A DNA stretch of 64,000 bases from Eledone cirrhosa (lineage: Eukaryota): the NCBI GenBank assembly GCA_964016885.1, contig OZ024741.1, positions 85,436,001-85,500,000 of the forward strand. The letters are read 5' to 3'. Numbering within the stretch: position 1 is the first letter of the stretch; each line of letters opens with the position of its first letter. A program made the translations under genes and the position numbers. Of the stretch, positions 1-13,587 are shown piece after piece. Under the pieces are notes generated by a model. The model was given only the letters and a program-made list of their open reading frames with translations, was not told the origin of the DNA and did not search any database.

Positions 1-10
1 TATATATATA

Positions 11-105
<95 letters not shown>

Positions 106-143
106 ATATATATATATATAAAATATATATTATATATATATTA

Positions 144-435
144 TCTATATATCTAAGACAGAGATTGTCTGTCTGTCTGTCTGTCAGCTCATTAAAACTC
201 AAGAACCACCCAACCGATTGTTTTCAAATTTTACACATGTAATGTTTAAGGTCCTGTGAGTGTTTCGAGAAAAAGATTTCAATTTTCAATGCCCTCGGGA
301 CCGTATTAGACGATTTAGCGATCTATGTCTATCATTCTTAGTCTTTCTTTTTAGATAGATACATAGATATAAGGTTGCGCCCTTATAATGTCTGTCTGTA
401 TGCTTGGCTGTCTGTATTACCACATTATGACGCGG
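144..435 (+). mobile_element. 5' module of a non-autonomous Helitron family (3' end missing)
   Basis: Starts A|TCTATATATCTAAGACAGAG; homologous to 3358-3650 and to the reverse complement of 26900-27191 and 39000-39304. Confidence 0.6.
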
Positions 436-461
436 TGTGTGTGTGTGTGTATATATATGTA

Positions 462-1044
462 CTAGCAGTGGTACCCGGCGTTGCACGGGATAAGGTATTT
501 TGGAACGCGGGCCACCAACAGACCTAATCGTGGAAAAACTGCATGCCTGGACATTATGTTACGAAAATTAATCGAATACTCTGATGGCTGGATAATCTAA
601 GATTTTCCTCGATGAAGCAGGAAAATGCAGGTTTTCACCTAATGCGGGCCCTAGGTGATCAAGAAAATGAATTTTTTCTATGTGCATAATATGCCTTGAA
701 ATTTCGGGAAAATCGGCTAGACTTAATGCCTCAAAAAAGCCCTAAAAAGCTGAAAAAAAATTAAGTTTGACCTAATGCGGGCCCTAGGCCATAAAAAAGT
801 TGGATTTTCTTTGCTCACGGTATGAAGAAGAGACTGACTAATACATAGTTACAATTTCAAGGAAATCGGTAAGACGTAACGGCTCAAGAATCCCCTGAAA
901 AGTTGAAAAAAACGCAGTTTTTCACCTAATGCGGGCCCTAGGGGATCAAAAAGTTGAAATTTTTATGTGCATTACACTCTCTGAAATATAAGTAATACAC
1001 ACGTAAAGTTTGAAAAAGATCGGTTGGGTACTTCTCGGGTTTCA

Positions 1045-1075
<31 letters not shown>

Positions 1076-1184
1076 GCGCGCGCACACATATATATATATA
1101 TATATATATATACACCCATACACACATACAAACATACATTCATACATACATCCTTCCTCAGTTTTATATATATACATATATAGA
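462..1184 (-). mobile_element. Non-autonomous Helitron, short form
   Basis: On -, 5' A|TC start at 1184, then 3' hairpin cccgtgcaacgccggg followed by CTAG|T at 462. AT target, no TSD. Confidence 0.8.
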
Positions 1185-1620
1185 TTAAAATAACAGATTA
1201 AAGTTTAAGCAAAGAATCGTTGCTTTCACCCTTAACGGGGTCTTCTGAAACTAAAAACATCAATCTATGAACGCAGAAGTAAATATTTCAAAAAACGTTG
1301 CAACCGAAAGAAAACAGGAAGACGACACTTTGGTTCGTGAAGACGTTCCCTGGCAATGAACGGATAATAGCGAACATAATACGTCATCAATGTTCGTCAG
1401 AATGTCGTAATGCAGACAGCCAGGATACAGACAGATATTATAAGAACGCGACGGAGATGGATAACCGGCGCCTAACACCCCTTTAACAACAGAAAATTGA
1501 AAAATAAAAGCTGCAATTAATATCTTTAGACCGCAAGGAATATATAAATGCAAGGTTGAAGTCAATCAGAGTAGAAATGTGGATTTGTGTAGACTTTGCG
1601 AAAATGAGGACACACACACA
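1185..1620 (+). repeat. Interspersed repeat family starting TTAAAATAACAGATTAAAGTTTAAGCAAAG (probable Penelope pLTR-derived)
   Basis: Other copies at ~2149-2270(+), ~3232-3350(-), ~3672-3802(-), ~3921-3978(-) and ~9497-9970(+), mostly abutting (TA)n. Confidence 0.6.
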
Positions 1621-2266
1621 GACAACATCAGTTTTATATATATATAGATATATAACACCCCGGCGGGCAGGCGCAGCAAAATAACACCCAGAAAACAATC
1701 CCTGCATACCAAAAATTATCCGGGAAAGACTGCCCTAACACCGGCCAAAGTTACCTCCCTTGACCTGCTGCAAAATCAAAACAAGATATTTTTGCGAGCA
1801 ATGAATCTTGATGTGGATTTAACCCCCAAAACTCTTTCCGAACTATATAAGGAACACTTGTGATTGTTTATGCCCTTGAGAAGCCCAACTGGGCGAAACG
1901 TACGTAGGTGATATTTTAAATAAACATGTTTTAACGGTCTATTCTCCGATTTTTCACTTTCCCACGTGCTTACGCTCTGCTAACTCTCTAGCCCACTAAA
2001 TATTAACACTTCGAATATTTAATACTGCCGGCACTAGTATCGAGCACCTTTGGCATACGCTACTTGGCAAATAACTATATGTATCACCTATCCCTCCTTT
2101 TTCTCTCTTTCTCGATACGTAAATACTATATATATATATATATATATATTAAAATAACAGATTAAAGTTTAAGCAAAGAGTGGCTGCTTTCACCCTTAAC
2201 GGGATCTTCTGAAACTAAAATAATCAATCTGTGAACGCAGAAGTAAATATTTCGGAAAACGTTACA

Positions 2267-2323
<57 letters not shown>

Positions 2324-2327
<4 letters not shown>

Positions 2328-3172
2328 GCGAGAATCGTATTTCGGCTGGTAGAAAAAGCGAAACGAAACGCAAAATCGTAGAAATGCTGGCAAGCGTTCC
2401 AATAGTTAAGAAAAACTAGAGCTAAACCATATGTTAAAACGCCATGCAAACTGAAAAGTGGTCAAGAAGGCATTAACCACCTAAGCCAAAAAACAAGTGA
2501 AGCTAAACAGGTCAAACAAAATAAATGATATAAACAGACCTGGACCCAAATGGAATTGGTGGTAAAATCCAAAAGCAGGGTTTCTATGACACCTAAATCA
2601 ATAATACTGTCTGCTTAAAACTATAAAATTTCAGCATAAAGATCGAACAAGGAATATCACGTTATCAACAGGTATTTTGCTCTTTAACCAACTTTGTGAG
2701 TGACACAGAACCTCGTAAAGGCACATCCGTAAGTCACGAGGGGAAAATTCCCCAGATTTTGGCAAATGAATTCAGTAAGTTTATATCATACAAAAAATTG
2801 CATAGATAGCACGAATCGAATAAGCACTCTACCAGGTAGTTTTTAAAATAAACTTATGCAATTAATCTATCAATAGAATTATTAACAGGTTAATTGTAAG
2901 ACTCGGGAGATTAATATAAATATATATTCAGCGAGAATCGTATTTCGGCTGGTAGAAAAAGCGAAACGAAACACAAAATCGTAGAAATGCTGGCAAGCGC
3001 TCCAATAGTTAAGAAAAACTAGAGCTAAACAATATATTAAAACGCCATACAAACTGAAAAGTGGTCAAGAAGGCATTAACCACCTAAGACAAAAAACAAG
3101 TCAAGCTAAACAGGTCAAACAAAATAAATGATATAAACAGACCTGGACCCAAATGGAATTGGTGGTAAAATC
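2324..3172. repeat. ~250 bp direct repeats (2324-2570 and 2925-3172) flanking a ~355 bp spacer
   Basis: Near-identical copies beginning attcagcgagaatcgtatttcggctgg; related to the arms at 17561-18054. Confidence 0.75.
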
Positions 3173-3202
3173 AATTATATATATGTATGTGTGTGTGTGT
3201 GT

Positions 3203-3234
<32 letters not shown>

Positions 3235-3357
3235 AACGTTTTCCGAAATATTTAATTCTGCGTTCACAGATTGATTTTTTTAGTTTCAGAAGATCCCATT
3301 AAGGGTGAAAGCAGCGATTCTTTGCTTAAACTTTAATCTGTTATTTTAATATATATA

Positions 3358-4511
3358 TCTATATATATAAAACAGAGGATGTCTGTGTGTCAGTTTCCCT
3401 AAAACTCGAGAAGTACCCAACCGGTTTTTTCAAACTTTATACATGTAACTCGTATGACCCCGGAAGTGTTTTGAGCAAAAAAAATTTCAAATTTTCAATG
3501 CCCTAGGGACCGCATTAGGCGATTTAGCGATCTCTTTCTCTTTCTCTTAGTCTTTCTCTTTTTAGATAGATACATAGATATGACGTCGCGCCTTCATAAT
3601 ATCTGTCTGTATGCCTGACTGTCTGCATTACGTCATTATGACGCGATCAGTGTGTGTGTGTATATATATTCTTATGCCAGGGAACGTCTTCACGAACCAA
3701 AGTATCGTCTTCCTGTTTCCAGATTGATTTTTTTAGTTTAAGAAGATCCCGTTAAGGTTGAAAGCAGCGATTCTTTGCTTAAACATTAATATGTTATTTT
3801 AATATAGATATTCGTGTACAGATATTTTTACATACACAAAAACAAAATATAAACAAACAAGGCCAAAGATTACATCAATTAGTCTTAGTGTATGTACTTC
3901 ATACTGCTTTTAGGTAGAATATCCCGTTAAGGGTGAAAGCAGTGATTCTTTGCTTAAACTTTAGTCTGTTATTTTAATATATATATATATAATTATATAT
4001 TTATGGACAGATATATTTGCATACACAATAACAAAATATAAACAAACGTATTTATTTCACGAGGTTCGATAAGCATAAATATATATCAAATATATAAGAA
4101 CCCTATAGCAAATCCCGAGCAACGCCGGGCCATTCTGCTAGTATATATATATAATTATATATTCGTGTACAGATATTTTTGCATACACAATAACAAAATA
4201 TAAACAAAAAGTATTTATTTCGCGATAAAGTATTGATTTTCTTCGCACGGAAAAAAACCCTGGTAATCTACGGCGAATTTTTTTTATAAGCACAAAATGT
4301 TGACACCATCCCGAGGCCGAGGTATTCCGTACTTCTCTGTACTGTTATATATATATATATAATTATATATTCGGGTACAGATATTTTTGCATACACGATA
4401 ACAAAATATAAACAAACGTATTTATTTCACGAGGCTCGATAAGGATAAATATATATCAAATATATAAGAACCCTAGAGCAAATCCCGAACAACGCCGGGC
4501 CATTCTGCTAG
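3358..4511 (+). mobile_element. Composite non-autonomous Helitron with two tandem 3' termini and nested insertions
   Basis: 5' A|TCTATATATATAAAACAGAGG at 3358. Hairpin cccga(g/a)caacgccggg plus CTAG|T ends at 4141 and again at 4511. Fragments of another repeat lie at ~3672-3802 and ~3921-3978. Confidence 0.65.
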
Positions 4512-4545
4512 TATATATATATATTATAATATATCGAACATTAAT

Positions 4546-4694
4546 AATTGTTTCTACTTTTGGCACAAGGCCAGCAATTACCCAGTGCATTACGTAAAGA
4601 TGCATTACGTAAAGATGAAAGGCAAAGTTAACCTCGGCGGGATTTGAACTCGCGTCACAACATGGTGTCCGACCCTCTACCGATACTGCCAATC
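4546..4694 (-). mobile_element. tRNA-derived SINE (family 1), internally rearranged
   Basis: A box TGGCAGTATCGG, B box GAGTTCAAATCCC and the shared body of the family. Confidence 0.75.
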
Positions 4695-4821
4695 AACAAT
4701 AATGTTCGATTCGTTTGTAAACAGCCCGATATAAATGTATGTGTGTACGTTTGTATACTTCCTTTTATGTATCAGCTGTGCTAGGGCGAGAAATGAAATT
4801 CTAAATTTATTTTTATATATA

Positions 4822-5330
4822 TACTAGCTCCGCAGTACCATAGTGCGGTACCCTAGCTTCAAAGTGCCATATCTTCTTACACTATCACCCCAGTGCCATA
4901 GTGCGACACCCTAGCTCCGAAGTGCCGTATTTCACCACCCTATTTCCCCATTGCTTTAGGATGTCACCCTAGCTCCAGTTCCATACTGTGCTTCCCTAGC
5001 ACCCCATTTCTATAGTGTGCCACCCTAGCTCACCAGTTCCATAGTGTGCCACCCTAGCTCCGCAGTGCCATAGCGCGGCACCCTAGCTCCGAAGTATCGC
5101 ATTTTGCCGCCCTATCTCTCCATTGCCATAGGGTATTGCCATATTTCCATACTGTGTCACTGAAGCTCTCCAGTTCCAGAGTGTGCCACCCTAGCTCTGA
5201 AGTGCCATGGTGCGGCACCCTAGCCCTGCAGTGCCATAGTGCGGCACCCTAGCTTTGAAGTTACTTGTTTCACCACTCTATCTTCCCATTGCCATATTTT
5301 ACCATTTTATGTTCCCAGTACCATACTGTC
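4822..5330. repeat. Degenerate ~28-30 bp minisatellite (ccctagctccgcagtgccatagtgcggca)
   Basis: Recurring cCCTAGCTCC and GCCATAGTG motifs. Confidence 0.75.
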
Positions 5331-5442
5331 CCTTAACAGAATCTTAAGACGTTGATGATGTTGATGGTGATGATGACGTCCGTCTTTTTGTTAACACTCA
5401 TCACTGCAGACCTATTATATATATACATCGTCTCTTGTTTAG

Positions 5443-5583
5443 GTAATGTCATGGCGGGAACATAAATATGAGCAGCTACTACTGGAGATGGAGCTACAGC
5501 AGAAGAAGTCGGAGGAAACAGCGAAGAAAGAGAGTGAGAAGACGGAGAAGAAGAAACAAAAGAGAGACAAGACTAAGAACGAG
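5443..5583 (+). CDS. CCDC148: Internal coding exon A (141 nt, phase 0-0) of a CCDC148-like coiled-coil protein: VMSWREHKYEQLLLEMELQQKKSEETAKKESEKTEKKKQKRDKTKNE
   Basis: Acceptor tctcttgtttAG at 5441-42, donor GTaact at 5584, open frame. Resembles, from memory, the vertebrate CCDC148 segment VLQWRAHQEEVARLEME. Phase joins the next exon. Confidence 0.75.
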
Positions 5584-5600
5584 GTAACTATTAAAGAGTT

Positions 5601-5644
<44 letters not shown>

Positions 5645-6104
5645 TTTTGTGGAGTGAGAGAAATACCCACCTCCCTTCTAGAGGATATATTTCATCAGCA
5701 CATGCCCACAGGCAGAATTGGTAAAGTGTTAGATAACATGCCATTACGGTATTTGTTCTGGTTCTTTGCATTCTGAATTCAAATCCCTCCAAGTTAAACT
5801 TTGCCTTTTATCTTTCCGAGGTTGATAAAATAAAGTACCAGTTAAGTACAGGGCTTCATTTAATCAACTTTGCATTTCCCTCAAATTTGCTGGCATTGTG
5901 ATTAAATTCGATATTTTGAAAGTATGTTAGCTTGTCAAGCTACTGCAACGTATATTTAACTATGAAATAGTTGAATAAGTTGGGTAAATAAAGTCCAGGA
6001 GACGCTGACAGATGTGAGGTATATTTTTCCAGGGGCGAAGAGTCCGTGCATGCAACGCATGCAGTGCATGCGTTATAGAATCTTGAGTTGATCAATTGCG
6101 TCGG

Positions 6105-6465
6105 TTGGAGCAAGCAGAATTTTGGCTGCTTACTAAAACGTAAACACACACACACACATACACACAAACACATACACACAAACACACGACAGCTTTGGGG
6201 CAAGCAGAATTTTGACTGCTTACTAAATCGTAGACTCATAAAAAGATAACACACACACACATACACACACACATACATACAAACACACGACAGCTTTGGG
6301 GCAGGCAGAACTTTGACTGCTTACTAAATCGTAGACACACAAAAAGATATAACACACACACACATACACACAAACACACGACAGCTTTGGGGCAAGCAGA
6401 ATTTTGACTGCTTACTAAATCGAAAACATAAAAAGATAACACATACACACACACACAAGATAACA
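6105..6465. repeat. ~95-105 bp tandem repeat, about 4 units, with internal (CA)n, inside an unclassified element (~5925-6690)
   Basis: Repeated gacagctttggggcaagcagaattttgactgcttactaaatcg. Confidence 0.7.
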
Positions 6466-7499
6466 CTACATGCGGCTTTGACCAGGAGGGTTATTTAGAG
6501 GGAATTGTGTGTGTGGGGGGGGGAGGGGTAAGGCTGCACAACCCCACTTTCCGCCATGGCGCATGGGCCTACCTTGAGTGCTTGGAAAAATAAATTTCCC
6601 CTTCTTTCGGTAAATGAAACTACTCGGAGTGGCCTGATTCGCCCCGGGGGCCCGGAGCGCGGCCGGTTTTTTAACCGCCACATAGTACCTTTAAATTACG
6701 GATCAAATCAGAACTGTTAGATATATCAACCTTAAAATGTTAAACTGTTTGACTTTGAATTTTCTAATTTCTTTGATATTGAATATTGATAATTAATTTT
6801 TAACTTCATCCTATAAGTCTAAACAAAAACGTAACGTTCCAATCTTCTGCTCACACATTATAACACACTGACCCCCACTATATTTACCTCTGCTAAGATA
6901 CGGGTCCCTGTGAAAATTTTCTCGCGCCACTCCTGGCCTGACTGTAGTCTGACATTAATATCGACCTTTCTTCCTCTTTCTTTCTATCTTCCTTCTTGTA
7001 GCCATCAACCCTGATTTTTCTAATTCTTCCTTTTCTTCCTTCTCTTCTCCCTTCTTTCTGTCTTCCTCCCGCAGACTTATCTTCCTTCCCCTTTTTGTTT
7101 GCCTATATCTGACCGGTAGTAGTTGTTTAGATAGAATAAAAAAATTTCTTCGCGACAATCCTGGCCTGACTGTAATACCGAATACCGACCTTTCCTCCTC
7201 TTTCTTTCTGTCTTTCTTCTTATAGCTGACATTAACCCTGGCTTCTCTTCTTCTTCCTTCCCCCTTCTTCTCTCTTCTTCCTTTCTTTCTTTTGTCTCGT
7301 GGCATGAGATTAACGCTAACTTATGTTCCCATCCCTTTCTGTTTTCCTTTATCTGACCGGTAGTAGCACACTGTAAGCTTTAGCCACGTCACTCGAGGGC
7401 GACCGGCTAAGGTACAAGGTGCTGGATAGCGGTCGCCCTCGGGCCCTCGATTTTCAGCCCCATGGATTTTATCTATTATATTCACGTATTATATTTCGA

Positions 7500-7557
7500 A
7501 TACCTGATGATATCACCGGATTCATACGGAACCCGGTCATTGAAATGATCATAGTAT
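7500..7557 (+). ncRNA. Minimal type I hammerhead ribozyme motif (Penelope pLTR type)
   Basis: atac CTGATGA [tatcaccgg...ccggtcatt] GAAA tgatca TA gtat: stem I atac/gtat, palindromic stem III, imperfect stem II. Confidence 0.6.
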
Positions 7558-7604
7558 AATAAACCTTTCAAGGATTTACACAAATCCAGCCTCCTGTCAT
7601 TTCA

Positions 7605-8420
<816 letters not shown>

Positions 8421-8576
8421 TATATATATATATATAAATTTTGAGTATATGTTGGTTGTTTACCGACACATCAGTATACAGATTGGAGCACTCGACGAAG
8501 TGCGCAGGTTGGTTTGGTTACTCTGAAGTAATGTAAAATAAAATAAATAAGTCAAATATTTAAATTTATTTTATTT

Positions 8577-8622
<46 letters not shown>

Positions 8623-9250
8623 CGTTTAAAATTTAAAATGTCATGTTTGAAATAATTTCAAACATGCACCTTATCCCCTAAGAATAAACTCAAAGAATAA
8701 TGATTAAATGCTCAGATTTATTCTTTGAACTTATTCTTAGGGGATAAGTCACATGTTTGAGATTATCTCAAACGTGGCATTTTTAATTTTAAATGTATTA
8801 TATTTATGCTCCTACTTGGTTGAGCTTCTACTATATCGAGTGATTAGGCTGTTATTCCTAGTTGTTTCTAAACCTTTTCACGTCACTGGGACTGTGACAG
8901 TATACGGTGATTTTTTTTTATAAGAGTATGTGCTGCTTTCGCTGTTCTCAGTTCTGTATTTTCCGTGTGTGAGTTCAGATGGATTGATTCTCCTTTACTG
9001 ACGATCCAGATCGATCATCTAACTGCACTTATATATTTGGCGAAACGTATTCATGATTTCTGAAGGATGCGTATAAAGGAGAAACATATAATTTTTATCA
9101 GGTATCTATATTTAAAGTTTTTGTTAAATTTTAATATGATACCGAATTGAACCATGTGTTCTTACATTCAATGCAGATTACCTCCAGTTAAAGTTTGTGA
9201 TATTGTGCGTGTATATCATTAGATATATGTATGTATATATGTCATTCACG

Positions 9251-9325
<75 letters not shown>

Positions 9326-9359
9326 GTAACATTTTTGGTCGTTTTGGAAGCCTCAACAA

Positions 9360-9419
<60 letters not shown>

Positions 9420-9966
9420 TTGAAGACTAAAATCCAAAGAGGGCTCGATAAGGATAAATATATGTCAAATATATAAGAACCGTAGAGCAAATATTTATTA
9501 AAATAACAGATTAAAGTTTAATCAAAGAATCGCTGCTTTCACCCTTAACGGGATCTTCTGAAACTAAAAAAGTCAATCTGTGAACTCAGAAGTAAATATA
9601 AAAAAAAACTTTGCAACCGGAGAAAGACAGGAAGACGATACTTTGGTTCGTGGTAACGTTCCCTGGCAAAGAACGGAAAAAGACGAAGATAATACGTCAT
9701 TATTTGGAGCGGTGAAAACAAAACCACGTTTATGGTATAAATGAAGTCGTAGACTAATAAAGGTGGTTCATGGAGACGTTCTCTGGCAATGAACGGAAAA
9801 AACGAAGATAATTCGTCCTTATATGGATCGGTGAGAACAATTGCACGCAAAGACAAAACTACGCAAATGGTATAAGTCGTCGACTAAAATTCTAACTAGG
9901 AAACCGAATGATTCTCGGCTTCAGAGTTAACAATAAAGTAAATAAAATACAGAGGTAATTGAAATT

Positions 9967-10058
<92 letters not shown>

Positions 10059-10069
10059 TTAGTTAAGCA

Positions 10070-11560
10070 AAACAATACCACAAATTTCACAAGGAAGACA
10101 TTATTAAAAGATTGTCAACATATTTTAGTTTGATGTAAGTAATGTAGAGAATAATAATAATAATATTAATAATAATAATGTCCGTTTACAGTTGTTTCGC
10201 TACTCCATATAATATGCCTGGATCAAATGATTATATATCATTATTGATCTGGTTCAGTTGAAAATAATTAACATAGGTAAAGATAGAACAGCTCATCGGA
10301 ACTTCAAAAGGAATATAAATTAAAATAAGGAAAGAATGTTACATAAATGTAATGTTCCATATATTGGTATTTCACTATGGTGTCCTGGGTATATCAATTG
10401 TCTGCCATAGTCTAGCAGTATTCTTCTGTCGAGGCTGCATTGTGTGAGATCTGCCTATAGGTAACAAGATGGCCGCCAATGGACATATTTACCTTACTAA
10501 TTAGAGGGTGGTTTCAGAGGAAGTAACTCCTCGAGAGATTAGAAATTGTGGGTAGTTTATAGTTAAGTGCTATTTTTTTAATTTTTCAATTGAGAGACAA
10601 TGTAAGGGAGGTAACATATAATTATCTAAGTTAGTTATAGCTATTTAACTTATTAGTAAAAATGGGGCTAGATGACTATGTTGGGTCAAATATTCTGTTG
10701 GCGAAGGAATTAGCCCTTCGACGTTGACAGCTAATAGTTACCTCCGTTCTATCGTTAATCGGTAGAGGTCGTGATAGAGTTATGTAATATGCTTCGGTAA
10801 TACAGAGGTCACAAGATTTTCTTCGTCCATTGAACGGTTGGGCCCTAGCCAAGATATCCCATGTTAGTGAGTGTTCAATGTTGGTTAATTTAAGGTTTTT
10901 AATGAGCCTAGCTAGAGATGTCGAACATCTGTTGTTAGGGGTCTCGGAAGGAAAAGGACTGCGCGTTATAGCGTACCATAAAAGGGTTAGAGGTAGATCC
11001 GATATAGGAGCTGGTATGCGAAGCAGTTTTAACCGTGCACCTATAGACTATGTTGGGTGTCAGGCAATGTCCATTTAGTGGGAATGCATTAGGGTAACGG
11101 CAGTTGCAGTTACTTTTGCGGTTAGTGAGAGTAGGGTTGTTTAACCTAAGCGGTTGGTCAGTGCTAGAAGGATTAGATGGGGGAGGTGTGCTACTAGAGT
11201 AAGTATTGGTGTAGTGGCGTGGTGTATTTGATGGGGGTGGTGGTACCGCGGTGTGGGAGTTATACTGTCTTAGTTTATGATGGTTACTGAATGCGATGTG
11301 GCTAGCTAGGGTTGTGGAGAATGAGATTTTAATGTTATTTTTATTAAAGAGTTTGTAATATCTATGGTGGGGGGGGGGGTTAGATAGGATATAGAAGAAG
11401 CGTTTAGGGATATTAGTGGCTAGATTAGATGAGAACGGGGGGTTAAGCCAGGTGATATTTCTAGGCCTATTCCTTCTAGGGGTTCTAGTGAAGTTGGTAG
11501 GGGCCTTCATAGGGTTATTATTACCTGGGCATTTGTTATTTGTCATCCCATTGATCATTC
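10070..11560 (-). mobile_element. Penelope-like element, 3' fragment (linker, GIY-YIG endonuclease and pLTR), decayed
   Basis: ORF 10935-11558 contains RNITWLNPPFS, CNCR..PLNGHCL and IVYRC...YIGST. Hammerhead-like gtt CCGATGA gct...agc GAAA caactg TA aac at 10184-10302. Bounded by (TA)n. Confidence 0.8.
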
Positions 11561-11562
11561 CT

Positions 11563-11616
<54 letters not shown>

Positions 11617-11618
11617 AG

Positions 11619-11737
11619 ATAAAAATGTACAAAGACCAGAAGTTAGCTGAACAGAGGCAGCAAGAAGAAAGTTATAGACGACGTCTTGCAGAGGTCCAAG
11701 AGGAATTAGAACAACAAAATAAACGAAACTTGGATAG
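11619..11737 (+). CDS. CCDC148: Internal coding exon B (119 nt, phase 0-2): IKMYKDQKLAEQRQQEESYRRRLAEVQEELEQQNKRNLD(R)
   Basis: ccttAG acceptor, GTAAGT donor at 11738, open coiled-coil frame. The terminal AG plus the first A of exon C gives Arg. Confidence 0.75.
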
Positions 11738-11783
11738 GTAAGTTTGTGTGTTTATCTTTAATTATTTGGCGTAATTATTTTAA

Positions 11784-12037
11784 CTAGCGAACCCCATGAG
11801 TTTTCATGGTGCAATTATAAACAGCAACCAAGTATTACAGATTAATATGCTATTTTAAATGATTTATTTATAACATAATATAACAAATAATACACGCACT
11901 TACCACCCGTTTTGTAAAGACCTCTTACTGTGTGGGATTAATGATGTTAGTGTGCTAATATGTGGAAGCTAATAGGTAATTAGTACGTTTTATAGGAAAT
12001 AACAATGAAGTCATGAAACGTCCACTAATAATTACGA
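11784..12037 (-). mobile_element. Possible small non-autonomous Helitron of a different family
   Basis: On -, hairpin ccatgaaaactcatgg followed by CTAG|T at 11784. The 5' A|TC at 12037 is tentative. Confidence 0.35.
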
Positions 12038-12044
12038 TTGCTTT

Positions 12045-12800
12045 ATTAGCCACATAGGGCTCACATTAAGGAATCATTAAAGACGGTACAGAACGATACA
12101 GTGTGGGTTTTTTTGTGTAAAATAAAAGTTATAACAGAGACTAAGAAAAATAGACATTAAAAAAAAACAAACGAATTCCCCAAAGGTGGGGTGGCTCCAT
12201 GGGTCACTCGTGGAGAAAGACCCTACAGGTGTATACTAAGGCTGGCTCATTCACGGACCATGCTCGCTACTCTTACCCACCTTTCTAAAAATTGGTTGGA
12301 ATGTAGCACTTCCCTCTCCACCCTCGTTTTCTTCTTAAAGTGAAACCTGAAAAGGTTAATCAGGGCTTCACTGAAGAGGAAAGTAGTTGTCTTCAACCCT
12401 TTCAAAAGCATCCACCACACGGACTCTTTCACTGTGGCAGATAAAAACTGCCTTTCCTTCTCCTCTAAACGAAAGCGATGGGGCGATCTTAACAATGGAA
12501 TCAGTTGATAGTCGGATCTGTCTTACATGTGACAGCAGGTGATCGACATAAACCAACAGGTCAGCAATACTCGGGCACTGGATGTGTGTGTGCATGACGG
12601 CTTCGTCGCCTTGCGCACACGTCGAACAGGGCTGGGTGACGGTATTTCCATACCTGTACAGTTTATCTCGAACTGGCGTAGCTCCTTGGTAGCACTGCCA
12701 GGTCAGGGATTTCTGAAAGTTATCCATGGGCCCTGGACCGAAAGTCCTCTGAAAAAGAATGGCTAATTGATTTTCGTCAGCGTCCAGATTCTTCCTCAAG
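12045..12800 (-). mobile_element. Tx1/L1-clade LINE, 3' fragment (zf-RVT region)
   Basis: ORF 12368-12799 with TWQCYQGATPVRDKL...CSTC...EAVMHTHIQC; frameshifted continuation. Confidence 0.7.
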
Positions 12801-12825
12801 AACGTTGACGTTTTAATAATAATTG

Positions 12826-13587
12826 TTTGTACGTTTGTCCCAGTGCATTACTGGTACTTTATTTTATCGACCCCGCAAGGATGAAAGGCAAAGTTAACCT
12901 CGGCGGGATTTGAACTCATACTGTAAAGGGACGTAACTATGCTAGAAATCATGGCGTCCAACCCTCTACCGATACTGCCAATTCACCGCTCAAGGCAAAG
13001 TTAAAATAATGCATGTAAATGTGGGCTCGTAGTTACTGATGGAAACGCAGTTGCGCAGGCATTTTAAAGATCGCGGGGCCTATACCCTCTCTTGGTCTGA
13101 ATAGAGTCGATTTCTTCCAGAGAAGGTGCAAGAGAGAAAGATATATAGATGAAGAATCGACCCTAGTACTGGACTTGTCTTTTTTTATTTATTTATTTTT
13201 CTTTTGACCTGGAAAGACTGAAAGACTAAGTTGACCTCACCGGAACGAAAATGACAATGCATTCTATACGGCGTTCTAACAACTCTGCCAATTTGCAGCC
13301 AATGAAAATCTATAATGTAATAAAGGGAGGAGTGCGAGACAGCGTCCGTTTTATAATTTTTTATCCCGTTAGTAAAATAAGTTGGATTACTTTGAATAAA
13401 TAATTGTTTCTACTTTAGGCACAAGGCCAACAATTACCCAATACATTACTGGTACTTTATTTTATCGACCCCGTAAGGATGAAAGGCAAAGCTAACCTCG
13501 GCGGGATTTGAACTCAGACTGTAAAGAGTCGTAACTATGCTAGAAAGCATGGCGTCCAACCCTCTACCGATACTACCAATTCACCGT
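12826..13587 (-). mobile_element. Cluster of family 1 SINEs (12826-12989, diverged ~13165-13285, 13401-13587)
   Basis: Shared ctttgcctttcatccttacggggtcgataaaataaagtaccag body with A and B boxes. Confidence 0.8.

Noticed and set aside
6955-7305. Lys/Arg/Glu-rich 116 aa ORF
   Set aside because: Reverse reading of a CT-rich low-complexity tract inside a pLTR-like repeat.
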